Source: Kiritimatiellota bacterium
Lineage (GTDB): Bacteria; Verrucomicrobiota; Lentisphaeria; Oligosphaerales; JAADHN01
Reading direction: 5' to 3'
DNA: 64,000 nt
Assembly (NCBI GenBank): GCA_013151865.1
Contig: JAADHN010000048.1
Span: 35,673-99,672 of the forward strand
Made by a program: the position numbers and the translations under genes
Notes under the pieces: model-generated
Database searches by the model: none
Told to the model about the DNA's origin: nothing
The model's input: the letters and a program-made list of their open reading frames with translations, nothing else
Part shown: piece by piece, positions 37,709 to 46,492 of the stretch
Layout of the letters: the number at the start of each line of letters is the position of its first letter
How positions within the stretch are numbered: the stretch's first letter is position 1

Positions 37709-38524
37709 TTATTGCGTCAGGCCATGTCGCGAGGCGGCTTCCCGGGCGTCGATTTCATGCTTGACAATATCCTGCAACGCGGCCACGAACGCCGGCGGAT
37801 CGGACGATTGAATGGCGTTGCGCCCGAACACCACCCCTCGCGCACCGGCCTGGATCTCTCGCTCCGCCAATTCGAGTGCGTCCAGATCTGTCGGCGTCTT
37901 CTCGGCCCCCAAACCCAGAATCGGAATCGGGCACGAAGAGGTGACTTCGTCGAATCGACAGGTGTAGAACGTCTTGATGCAATCTGCGCCGAACTCCGCG
38001 ACCATTCGGCAGCCGATCCGGATTTCCTCGTGGAGTTCCTCAGGGGGCTTGGTCAAATGACTGTGGGGAAAATACTCCGCCACCACCGGCAGTCCAAGGT
38101 CGTGGGCCGCGGTGCACAGCTCGACGAAGATTTCCGCGTTCCGGGCATCCGTGGCTTCACTTCCGGTTTTGAGGGTGAGACAGACCAACACCGCGTCGGC
38201 TCCCAGGGCCAAAGCGTCCTCCGGCCTGAACAAGTGCGAGATAACCGAGGCGTTGTACCTCCAATGGAAGCAGAAGACCGAGTTGAAGTTCAGGCGGGCG
38301 ATGGCCAACGGCGCGCCGCGCCGGCCGAAATAGTTGCCCGTGTGCGCCAGCATGCCCGGGGAAAGCAAGATGGCGTCCGGACCGTCTCCCAATCCCCGGA
38401 GCATGGCCTCGATGTCGACCATGCCCGCATGCGGACCATCGAACATGCCGTGATCGCAGGCCACCACCACGGCCCGACCTGTGTCCCCGAACAGTTTGCC
38501 GAGCCTGATTTCCCGACCGGTCAT
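37709..38524 (-). CDS. Class-I aldolase of the DhnA/FbaB/LsrF/ADH-synthase (archaeal-type) family
   Basis: This is the C-terminal 271 codons of track ORF 37709..40351, with the real start at ATG 38524 (MTGREIRLGKLFGDTGRAVVVACDHGMFDGP). The Schiff-base lysine context is FGADCIKTFY, followed by GARGVVFGRNAIQ. The rest of the 880-aa ORF is antisense shadow. Confidence 0.85.
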   Translation of the reverse strand: MTGREIRLGKLFGDTGRAVVVACDHGMFDGPHAGMVDIEAMLRGLGDGPDAILLSPGMLAHTGNYFGRRGAPLAIARLNFNSVFCFHWRYNASVISHLFRPEDALALGADAVLVCLTLKTGSEATDARNAEIFVELCTAAHDLGLPVVAEYFPHSHLTKPPEELHEEIRIGCRMVAEFGADCIKTFYTCRFDEVTSSCPIPILGLGAEKTPTDLDALELAEREIQAGARGVVFGRNAIQSSDPPAFVAALQDIVKHEIDAREAASRHGLTQ

Positions 38525-38685
38525 ATCCCGCCTCCAGATTCCACCGCTCGCCACGAATAACGTCCGGTGCCACCGTCTCCACCATGTCCCGGGTTCTCGC
38601 GCCAACACATGTCGGAACTGTTCGAATATGTTTGATTGTGCGCGCACCATACCATGACGTGTCCGGATTTCAAACAGCCCCTGGA

Positions 38686-38961
38686 GGAGTCGAAGCGCCA
38701 TGGTCCCTGCCCATTGTGCGCAGGGGAACACAGCTCGACTCCTGGGAGTCGGGGCCGGCAGAGAGAAGAATCCGAACGAAAGGACTTGGCGATTCATGCG
38801 AGAAAGGCTAGAATGGAGTCTGGTCGCACCGTTTCTCGACTCCGGCGGCCCATCGGGTGCGAGGTTTCGGGGGCGCCCGGCGGAATGGGGGCGAGCAGGT
38901 GCGACAGGGTCGAACGGCTTGCAGGTCTTCTCGTAAACAACTTGGCGCACAGGCGGAGTCG
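38686..38961. repeat. Cluster of six GGAGTC(G/T) heptamers in alternating orientation within a divergent intergenic region
   Basis: GGAGTCG at 38686, 38745 and 38955. GGAGTCT at 38815. CGACTCC (the reverse complement) at 38736 and 38837. Possible pairings are 38686-38693 with 38735-38742 (enclosing the inner hairpin CCCTGC/GCAGGG, 38705-38725), 38815-38820 with 38838-38843, and the near-palindrome CGACTCC-TG-GGAGTCG (38736-38751). Confidence 0.8.
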
Positions 38962-39127
38962 CTGCCTCGGCAGAACCGGCCAGACTATTCTGCGACGGTC
39001 CGTATATCCTGACCCGGAGGCGGTTGCGGAGCAATCTTTCGGATGGGCTCTGGCGCGAGGCAGTTTTGCTCCTGTTCAGGGCCCGCACATCTCGCGGGAC
39101 CGTCCAACAATTCCGAGACGCACCACA

Positions 39128-39421
39128 ATGAGCAGTTGTCCCTTCTTTCAAGTCTTCATGGAAGCGCAATTGCGTCGCCTCGAAGCGGCGATCGCCGAGA
39201 ATAAGTGGTACCTGAGCGAGCGGGCCGGGTTCGACGTGGGGTATGAGGCGGCGGAAGAAGACTTTCGCCGGCATCATTTGGCCCGGTTCGCCCGGGAATT
39301 CCGGGTGCGCTATTGCCTGGGAACCTGTCCCGGGCGCAATTACTGCGAAATGGCTGCCCGTTTTGCTCGAACACCTGCGCCTTTCGCCGGTCCCCCGTCC
39401 GGGATGGCTGCGTGGGCGTGA
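39128..39421 (+). CDS. Hypothetical 97-aa protein with a conserved-looking KWYLSE helix and a Cys-rich tail
   Basis: This is the 3' part of track ORF 38636..39421, taken from ATG 39128 (MSSCPFFQVFMEAQLRRLEAAIAENKWYLSERAGFDVGYEAAEEDF...CLGTCPGRNYC). The upstream part of that ORF is Arg-rich and unlikely to be coding. The stop abuts the next ORF (GTGAATG). Confidence 0.5.
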   Translation: MSSCPFFQVFMEAQLRRLEAAIAENKWYLSERAGFDVGYEAAEEDFRRHHLARFAREFRVRYCLGTCPGRNYCEMAARFARTPAPFAGPPSGMAAWA

Positions 39422-39457
39422 ATGCAGGAATCGTCCGGGAACGTTTCGGGGGCGGGT

Positions 39458-40189
39458 ATGCGGATCGGGGTCTTTGGCGACGTCCATGCGAACTTCGCAG
39501 CGCTCGAGGCGGTATTGACGGCGCTCGAGGCGGAGGAGTGCGACGTGCTGGTCTGTACCGGGGACGTCGTCGGATACGGTCCGTCGCCGGCCGAGTGCAT
39601 TGCCCGATTGCGTGAGCGGCAGGTGCCCTGCGTACTGGGCAACCATGACAAGTACGTGACGCTTTTGGCCGACCCCAGCCTGGAAAAGCTCGATCCGGCG
39701 GTCCGTGCCGCGATCACATGGACGCAGGGTGTGCTTTCCATGGACGATCTGCGTTGGCTGGCCGCATTGCCGTTCCGTTTCGACGGCGACGGCTTCGCGG
39801 TGATCCACGGTTGCCTGGGACCGCATCGTTGGCGTTACATCGTGGACGGGCCTTCGCTTGCTGAGCATTTTGCCTACCAAGACGTTCCCCTGGTCTTCAG
39901 CGGTCACAGCCATCTGCCCATTTTGGGGACCCAGGCCCCCGGGCGCCCGCCGCGCCTCGGTTTCCTCAGCCAGGCCCGCATCCCCGCGGGGGTCAAGGCG
40001 GTGCTCAATCCCGGTTCGGTCGGGCAACCGCGCGACCGGGACCCGCGAGCCGCAGCCGCGGTGTACGAAGCCGACAGCCGCACCGTCCGCGTCCTGCGCG
40101 TCGCATACGACATTGCCGCCACGCAGGTCCTCATGCGTCAGGCCGGTTTGCCCGAGCGATTCGTCGAGCGCCTTGCCGAGGGACGCTGA
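39458..40189 (+). CDS. Calcineurin-like metallophosphoesterase (YfcE/Mre11-fold family)
   Basis: Track ORF 39422..40189. The canonical start is MRIGVFGDVHAN at 39458, although ATG 39422 is also possible. Motifs are GDVHAN, CTGDVVGYG, LGNHD, GHSH and LNPGSVGQPRD. Confidence 0.85.
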   Translation: MRIGVFGDVHANFAALEAVLTALEAEECDVLVCTGDVVGYGPSPAECIARLRERQVPCVLGNHDKYVTLLADPSLEKLDPAVRAAITWTQGVLSMDDLRWLAALPFRFDGDGFAVIHGCLGPHRWRYIVDGPSLAEHFAYQDVPLVFSGHSHLPILGTQAPGRPPRLGFLSQARIPAGVKAVLNPGSVGQPRDRDPRAAAAVYEADSRTVRVLRVAYDIAATQVLMRQAGLPERFVERLAEGR

Positions 40190-40248
40190 TTCCGTGCCCA
40201 ATGCCGAAGAGTATTGCCGGTTTTCACGTTGCCTGGAGATTCTTCCAA

Positions 40249-43104
40249 ATGAGTATCCGCGGGTGCTTTTTCGCAGCCGGTCTTCTGGCGTTCGCCGCGT
40301 CCGGTGGCGGCGCCGTGATCTTCCATGTCGCGACAACCGGAAATGACGCATGGTCCGGCCGCCTGCCCACTCCGGCCCCCGACCGCGCCAACGGGCCGTT
40401 CCGAACGCTCGAACGGGCCCGGACCGCGGTGCGCGCGGTTCGCGCTGCCGGCGGCGCGCCGGAAGCGATCACGGTTCGAGTCCGGCCCGGCGTCTATAAT
40501 CTGAGTGCGCCCCTGATGCTCGGCAGGGAGGATGGCGGCACGCCGGACGCGCCTGTGACCTGGGAGGCCGCCCCGGGCGGGGGCGTGCTCCTGAGCGGCG
40601 GCGTTCCTGTCGGAAAATGGGTCCCGTACCGCGACGGCATCTTCCGGACGTCGATCGCCGGTCTGGTTCCCGCCGGGCATGTTTTTCATCAGTTGTTCTA
40701 CAGGGGGGTGCGTCAGGTCCTGGCCCGGGAACCCAATCAGGATCCGCGTCATCCTCGCACCGGCGGGTTCGTGTATGTGAATTCGGCCGGCCCCCGGCCG
40801 CGCGAGCAATTCTACCTCGACCCGGACCTGGTCCGGCGCGTATCCGGCTGGCGGGACCGCGACCAGCTCGAGGTGTCCGGTATGTCCGGCAAGGGATGGA
40901 CCGGCGTGTGCACGCCGGTTCAGGGTCTCGACGCCAAGACCGGCTTGGTCACCGTCCGTGGGATTCGCTATCGCTTTTATCGGCTGAACCGGCTTTTCTT
41001 CCAAAACGCCCTTGCCGCACTGGATGCACCCGGCGAATGGTTTTACGACGTCGGCACGGGTGAATTGTACTTCCGCCCGCCGGACGGCGACAAACCCGAA
41101 GACGGCGCCGTGGTTGTTCCCGTGCTCGATACCGTGGTCGAGGTCCGCGGCAGCCTCCCCTATCCGCACCAGTGGTTGAATGTTCGCTTCCGCGGCGGAC
41201 GCGAGGCGGCCAGGCTCCCGGCAGACGCCCCCCCCGCGGCCCCGGTCGGCAACATCGTCCTGCGCGGGTTCCGTATTGAGTATGCGCGGCAACACGGCGT
41301 GGTGCTTGTCGGCGCCGAAAACTGCCGGGTTGTAGGGTGTGCGATCACCAATGTCGGCGGCTGCGGGATCAACCTGGGAGCGACGGAAAACGCCTATCCA
41401 GATGTGGGCAATCCCCGGACCGCGCCTCCGAGGGGGGACCGGATCGGGGTCGGAGGGGCCGGCCAGGACGTCTATGCTCAGGATCCCTGCCGAGATTGCC
41501 GAATCGCCGGCAACGACGTTTGGAGCGTGGGGGCGGACGGCATCTTCCTGTACGGGGTCGGCAATTCGGCCGAGAACAACCATGTCTATAACTCGGGGTT
41601 GTACGATAAGGACTGCGCCGCGATCAACGTGTTCGGAGAGAAAAACACCGTCCGGCAAAACACCCTGCACGACGTGCCTCGCAATGCCGTTTTCTTGAAG
41701 GGGATCGACAATGTCATTGAGTCCAACGACATTCATCATACCATGCTCGAGACCTGCGACGGCGGCGCCATCCGGATGTGCCAGCGAAACCCGAGACTCC
41801 GAGGCAACGTGATTCGACGGAACCGGATCGTCGACACCCTGGGATACGGCTATTCCAGCGCCGACAACGTCTATCGTGCCCCGTATTTCTCCTGGGGCGT
41901 GTACCTCGACGACTTCACCTGCGGTACTGCGGTGACGGAAAACCTCATCGTTCGCGTGGGCCGGGCCGGGGTGCACATCCACGGAGGCAGCGACAATACT
42001 GTCGCCGGCAACATCATTGTGGACCCGGCCGACTACTGTGTCGAACTCAACCCGATTCGGGAACACCCGGCTGTGGGGAACCGGATCGAACGCAACCTCC
42101 TCATTGCACGAGCGGAGAGACCCGTGGTGTTCAAATGCGGGAAATGGCGGGAAGGAATGGCTGTATTCGACTGGAATCTTATGGACATTTCCGGGGGAGC
42201 GCCGCGGTTTATCCTCGGAGCGAAGCGGATCGAGGGCCTGGACGCTTGGCGTACGTACGGTCTGGGAATCCATTCGCGTCGCGGCCGGTGTGAGTTCATT
42301 CGAGCCGAAAACGGCGTTTTCCGATTCGGCGATCCCACCATTGCCGCTGGGCTGGGCATTCGGCCGTTCCCGGTCGGTGAAATCGGGTGTCGGGTTTCGG
42401 AGGAGCGCCGTACATGGCCGTTGCACAGTCCGGAACTCCCGCAGGAGAAGCCGGTGCAGTACAAGGCGGGAGAGCTTCCGCTGCGCGACGATTTCGAGGC
42501 GGCGGGCCCCGGCGATCGGCCGTTCCTGGGCAGTCCGGACATCATGGCGCCGGGTCCGTCGAGCATCCGGATCGTGCGCGGCGTGGCTGCCCGGGGAGAG
42601 AGAAGTCTGCGTTTTGAGGACGCACCGGGCCTGACTCACGACTGGCTGCCGCGCATTTTCTACCCTTTCCGCTGGAGCGAGGGGCGGGTCCGGGTCGCAT
42701 TCTGCCTGCGGATCGCAGCGGAAGCGCCCCCGAAGTTGTACATTGATCTGCGTCAGTATCGCGACCTTCCACTGGGTACAGGTTACCTCTCCGGGGTCAT
42801 GCTGGCCGTGGATGAATCCGGGGAGCTGACCGTGAATCGCGATAAGCTCGTCCGGGTGCCGTTCGACACTTGGTGTCGCTTCGACCTGGTCCTCAACCTG
42901 GGCGGCGACGCCGGGAAGGGCGTCGATCTTCGCATCGAGGTCCCGGGGCGTGCCCCCGCGACAAAGCACTTTCCCTACGCGGTTGCGGAGTTCGCACGAT
43001 TGGATCGGCTCGTGGTGGCCGCCACCGCAGACCGCAAAGCCGTGTTCTACCTGGACGATATCCGGGTGGGGCCCGTCGCGGAAAAACAGGGACTGCAGCC
43101 ATGA
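40249..43104 (+). CDS. Secreted right-handed parallel beta-helix repeat protein (pectate-lyase-fold, about 950 aa)
   Basis: Track ORF 40201..43104, with a likely start at ATG 40249 (MSIRGCFFAAGLLAFAASGGGA signal). FHVATTGNDAWSG...GPFRTLERA is the typical N-terminal cap. Repeated beta-helix rungs include NCRVVGCAITNVGGCGI, RIAGNDVWSVGADGIFL and NTVRQNTLHDVPRNAVFL. Confidence 0.8.
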   Translation: MSIRGCFFAAGLLAFAASGGGAVIFHVATTGNDAWSGRLPTPAPDRANGPFRTLERARTAVRAVRAAGGAPEAITVRVRPGVYNLSAPLMLGREDGGTPDAPVTWEAAPGGGVLLSGGVPVGKWVPYRDGIFRTSIAGLVPAGHVFHQLFYRGVRQVLAREPNQDPRHPRTGGFVYVNSAGPRPREQFYLDPDLVRRVSGWRDRDQLEVSGMSGKGWTGVCTPVQGLDAKTGLVTVRGIRYRFYRLNRLFFQNALAALDAPGEWFYDVGTGELYFRPPDGDKPEDGAVVVPVLDTVVEVRGSLPYPHQWLNVRFRGGREAARLPADAPPAAPVGNIVLRGFRIEYARQHGVVLVGAENCRVVGCAITNVGGCGINLGATENAYPDVGNPRTAPPRGDRIGVGGAGQDVYAQDPCRDCRIAGNDVWSVGADGIFLYGVGNSAENNHVYNSGLYDKDCAAINVFGEKNTVRQNTLHDVPRNAVFLKGIDNVIESNDIHHTMLETCDGGAIRMCQRNPRLRGNVIRRNRIVDTLGYGYSSADNVYRAPYFSWGVYLDDFTCGTAVTENLIVRVGRAGVHIHGGSDNTVAGNIIVDPADYCVELNPIREHPAVGNRIERNLLIARAERPVVFKCGKWREGMAVFDWNLMDISGGAPRFILGAKRIEGLDAWRTYGLGIHSRRGRCEFIRAENGVFRFGDPTIAAGLGIRPFPVGEIGCRVSEERRTWPLHSPELPQEKPVQYKAGELPLRDDFEAAGPGDRPFLGSPDIMAPGPSSIRIVRGVAARGERSLRFEDAPGLTHDWLPRIFYPFRWSEGRVRVAFCLRIAAEAPPKLYIDLRQYRDLPLGTGYLSGVMLAVDESGELTVNRDKLVRVPFDTWCRFDLVLNLGGDAGKGVDLRIEVPGRAPATKHFPYAVAEFARLDRLVVAATADRKAVFYLDDIRVGPVAEKQGLQP

Positions 43105-43661
43105 AAACCGACCGGATCCATTCATGTCCGGGGCCTCGCCCCACGTTCGCCGGCAATCGTATCTTGGTCTCGGCCCTATTGGGGACGTTCCTGGGGGCCG
43201 CCGCGTTTCCGGCCGCCGCCGGGGACGGTTTTCGCGTGCGCCTCGGGCTCGTGAACGGTCATCTCCGGGAATGCTGGTTCGGCTGTGAAAAAGGCGCCAC
43301 GGACAAGTACGACCGAAATCTGGATGAAATGGCTCCGCCCCCCGGGATTCAGACCGGGTACACGGCTTTTATCTCGCCGGACAACAAGTTTTGGCTATAT
43401 AAGGATATTCGCGGTTTCGGCGATCGGATCGTCTGGCGCTTCAGCGCCCAGGTATACGGGAAGAAGACCATCGAGATCACTTGGGAGCCGAAGGACTTGC
43501 CCGATGCATACGATTTCACCCTCGAATCGGGAAAGAAAACACTCAATATGCGGGAGACCAAGACATTGTCGGTCCCGAAAACCGGCGTGCTGATCATTCG
43601 CGGCGTGCGCCGGAAACCCGGTGCCGGGCCCCGGGACCGGAAACCGGCGCCCCGACCGTGA
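43101..43661 (+). CDS. Hypothetical secreted 186-aa protein, translationally coupled to the beta-helix gene
   Basis: In frame within track ORF 42870..43661. ATG 43101 overlaps the upstream TGA (ATGA). It has a signal-like segment (ILVSALLGTFLGAAAFPAAAG) and then a beta-rich sequence with no motif I recognise. Confidence 0.6.
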   Translation: MKTDRIHSCPGPRPTFAGNRILVSALLGTFLGAAAFPAAAGDGFRVRLGLVNGHLRECWFGCEKGATDKYDRNLDEMAPPPGIQTGYTAFISPDNKFWLYKDIRGFGDRIVWRFSAQVYGKKTIEITWEPKDLPDAYDFTLESGKKTLNMRETKTLSVPKTGVLIIRGVRRKPGAGPRDRKPAPRP

Positions 43662-43751
43662 TGCGTCTCGATACCGCGCTTTCGAACAGAGCCGCCGAAT
43701 AGGGCGCGGCCCCGGCCGGGGGGCTCGGGCCCGAAACACGAACAGCCCCCA

Positions 43752-45113
43752 ATGCAAGACCCCCCGCTTCGATTCCATATTCGCACCTACGGGTGCCAGA
43801 TGAACGAGCGCGACTCGGAGGCCCTGTCCTGCCTGCTCGAGCGGGAGGGGTATGTTCCGGCTGCTTCCGAAGACGAGGCGGACATCCTGCTTTTCAACAC
43901 CTGCAGCGTTCGGGACCAAGCCGAGCGCAAGGCTGTGGGCAAAGTGGGCTTGATGCGCAAGCGGAAGAGGGCGGAACCCGATTTGATCGTGGGGGTGATC
44001 GGTTGCATGGCCGAGAACCAGGGCGCGGCATTGCTCGAGCGCCTGCCGCACGTTGACTTGGTCGTGGGGACGCGCCAGATCCATCGGCTCCCCGCCATGA
44101 TCGCCGGAGTCCTGGCCGGGCGGCGCGGAGTCGTTCGGATCGGGACTGGAGAGATCGACTTCACGCGTTTGGCCGGGCATCGACGGTCCGGGCCCAGCGC
44201 CTACGTGGCGGTGATGCGGGGCTGCAATCAGTTTTGTTCGTATTGCATCGTTCCACACGTTCGCGGGCGCGAGCAAAGTCGGCCGATCGACGAAGTGGTG
44301 GAGGAAGTGCGCGGCTTGGTCGGTCAGGGCGCGAAAGAGATCGTCTTGCTGGGGCAGAACATCACGGCCTACGGGATTGCCGAAGCGCGGCGGGCGGGTC
44401 TCTACACGCCGCAGGCATCGCCTTTTGCCGATTTGCTGCGGGCGGTCAGCGCCGTGCCCGGGGTCGAGCGGGTCCGATTTACGTCGCCGCACCCTGGGTT
44501 CATGAACAAAGCTTTCGTCGAGGCCGTCACGTCGTTGCCGAATGTCTGCGAGGCCTTTCACATACCGCTTCAGTCAGGCTCCGATCGGATTCTCCGACTG
44601 ATGCGCCGGGGGTACTCGGCCGCTGAGTACCGGTCCGTGGTGGCGGCCATTCGGGCGCGCTGTCCGCAGGCGGCCTTTTCCACCGACGTCATCGTTGGTT
44701 TTCCAACGGAAACAGCCGCGGATTTTGCCGCGACGCGCGAGTTGATGGCGGAGATCGGCTTCGACATGGCGTATGTTTTCAAGTACTCACCGCGACCGGG
44801 CACCGAAGCGGCGGCCATGGGGGACGATGTTCCGGAACCGGCGAAACTCGAGCGCAACAAGATTTTGCTGGAGGATCTCGAGGTGCGGGTTCGGGAGCGG
44901 AACCGGCGGTATGTGGGGAAGGTTTGCGAAGTGCTGGCGGAGGGTCCGAGCAAGCGCAACCCGGCGCGCTGGTCCGGGCGGTCTCGGACCAACAAAGTCT
45001 GCATTTTCGAACCGGTGCGGGGGTTGGCCGTCGGGGACTTGGTCGAGGTGCGTGTCGAGTGGGTGACGGCCCACTCGTTGTTCGGGCGCATCCTGGCGAC
45101 GTGTCCGGGGTAG
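43752..45113 (+). CDS. miaB: tRNA-i6A37 methylthiotransferase
   Basis: Track ORF. Motifs are RTYGCQMNERDSE, LFNTCSVR, the radical-SAM cluster MRGCNQFCSYCIVP, and a C-terminal TRAM domain. Confidence 0.95.
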   Translation: MQDPPLRFHIRTYGCQMNERDSEALSCLLEREGYVPAASEDEADILLFNTCSVRDQAERKAVGKVGLMRKRKRAEPDLIVGVIGCMAENQGAALLERLPHVDLVVGTRQIHRLPAMIAGVLAGRRGVVRIGTGEIDFTRLAGHRRSGPSAYVAVMRGCNQFCSYCIVPHVRGREQSRPIDEVVEEVRGLVGQGAKEIVLLGQNITAYGIAEARRAGLYTPQASPFADLLRAVSAVPGVERVRFTSPHPGFMNKAFVEAVTSLPNVCEAFHIPLQSGSDRILRLMRRGYSAAEYRSVVAAIRARCPQAAFSTDVIVGFPTETAADFAATRELMAEIGFDMAYVFKYSPRPGTEAAAMGDDVPEPAKLERNKILLEDLEVRVRERNRRYVGKVCEVLAEGPSKRNPARWSGRSRTNKVCIFEPVRGLAVGDLVEVRVEWVTAHSLFGRILATCPG

Positions 45114-45222
45114 GCGGGGGGCGCGGGCGCAGCTTGCTCGGCTGGAATTTCCGCGCTGGACGTGCTACCCGTACTTTGAGGGTCGGCGGTTCGAAACGGC
45201 GGGCCGGCCCTGGGGGGCTGGA

Positions 45223-46338
45223 GTGTTTGCGGGCGAGATTGCGGTCTGGAGAATGAGCGTGCCCCCCCAGGCGGGAGACCATACCGTGGTGGGTTTTCTA
45301 CACAGAAGTGCACGAAAGCGGGAAACCGGGCAGCTGCCCGGCCGCGAAAGTCTGCTCCGCGCGTTTGAGAAAGGGGGGCTGCCGTGTTCGAAATGCGGCC
45401 AGATCCTGCCGCTCGATCAATTGGGACCACTGCGGGTGGCCAAGTGCGGGAAGTGCGGCACGCCGAATTTTACCCCCATGAAGGTGGGAAGATTCTGGCT
45501 GTTTTACCCTGCCGGCGGGGGTGGGATGGGCAGCGTATATCAGGCATACCACACGGATGTTCCGGGGCGTATATTCGCCGTGAAGCTCCTGGCCCGGTCG
45601 GAACGCAACAATCCGGCGCGCATTCATGCGTTGATCCTCGAGGTGGAAACGGCCCGAAAACTGGGGGTGCATCCCTGTCTGGTTTCGTATGCCGGCGGTG
45701 GGTACAGCGACGGTGAGTACTATTTTGCCATGGAATTCGTTAAAGGGCGTCGCCTCGACGAATTGTTCGACCTCCAGGGGCACCTCCCGGAGAAGGCTGT
45801 CTTGCTCATCTGCTTGTATATCCTTGCCGCCGAGCAGCACATTTATGACCGGGGGTTTCTCTACCGGGACCTGAAGCCGGAGAATGTGCTGATCACGCCG
45901 GAGGGACGGGCCGTGTTGTTGGATTACGGATTGTGCCAGCCCCGTGAACAGGCCTTGCACCCCACCGATGAGTTTGTGACGGGCTCGCCGTATTATCTGC
46001 CGCCGGAGCGACTCTGGGGGACGGGGGAGGACGCTTACAGTGAAATCTACAGTCTGGGGATGGTCCTCTACTATGCACTGACCGGGCGAACATTCTTCGA
46101 TGCCGACGAAGTGGAGGCCCTGGCCAAGAAACATGTTTCCGCCATGCGCCTTTCGGTCGAGAGTCGCTTGAAGGGCTTTCGGCCCGAGTTGGTCCGCGTG
46201 TTGGCCCGCATGATCCGTCGGGACCCGGCCGAGAGGTATCGGACTTTTTCCGAGGTGGCCGGAGATGTATTTGCATTGTATCGGCGGATCGTTCGGGAGG
46301 AGCAAGCACCGGAGGCCGCTGACGCGGTCGGGAAATGA
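45223..46338 (+). CDS. Ser/Thr protein kinase with an N-terminal double CxxC zinc ribbon
   Basis: Track ORF (GTG 45223). The start is uncertain and ATG 45253 is an alternative. The zinc ribbon is CSKCGQ...CGKCGT. Kinase motifs are GGGGMGSVY, FAVKLL, YRDLKPENVL, LDYGL and SPYYLPPE. Confidence 0.85.
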   Translation: MFAGEIAVWRMSVPPQAGDHTVVGFLHRSARKRETGQLPGRESLLRAFEKGGLPCSKCGQILPLDQLGPLRVAKCGKCGTPNFTPMKVGRFWLFYPAGGGGMGSVYQAYHTDVPGRIFAVKLLARSERNNPARIHALILEVETARKLGVHPCLVSYAGGGYSDGEYYFAMEFVKGRRLDELFDLQGHLPEKAVLLICLYILAAEQHIYDRGFLYRDLKPENVLITPEGRAVLLDYGLCQPREQALHPTDEFVTGSPYYLPPERLWGTGEDAYSEIYSLGMVLYYALTGRTFFDADEVEALAKKHVSAMRLSVESRLKGFRPELVRVLARMIRRDPAERYRTFSEVAGDVFALYRRIVREEQAPEAADAVGK

Positions 46339-46435
46339 TGGCAGCAGAATAACACCGGGCGCCGGCGACCTCACGCGTGCTGCAATGGTGGCCACGTACC
46401 GCCGCCACGCGCCATGAAAAGGCGTTGTCCGGAAC

Positions 46436-46463
46436 TTGATGCCGCTTTGCGGCAAGCTATAGT
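46436..46463 (+). promoter_or_regulatory. Candidate sigma70-type promoter for the tRNA
   Basis: TTGATG (46436-46441), a 16-nt spacer, then TATAGT (46458-46463), 30 nt upstream of the tRNA 5' end. Pattern match only. Confidence 0.4.
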
Positions 46464-46492
46464 ATCCACCCTTCGTGATGAAACGACGTCGT

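Noticed and set aside
38525-40351. Upstream 600 codons of the 880-aa minus-strand ORF 37709..40351
   Set aside because: Only the last 271 codons (from ATG 38524) match the class-I aldolase family. The remainder runs antisense through the spacer and the metallophosphoesterase gene and is Arg-rich.
40138-43125. 995-aa minus-strand ORF
   Set aside because: It is the antisense shadow of the beta-helix gene, which has a signal peptide and regular beta-helix rungs.
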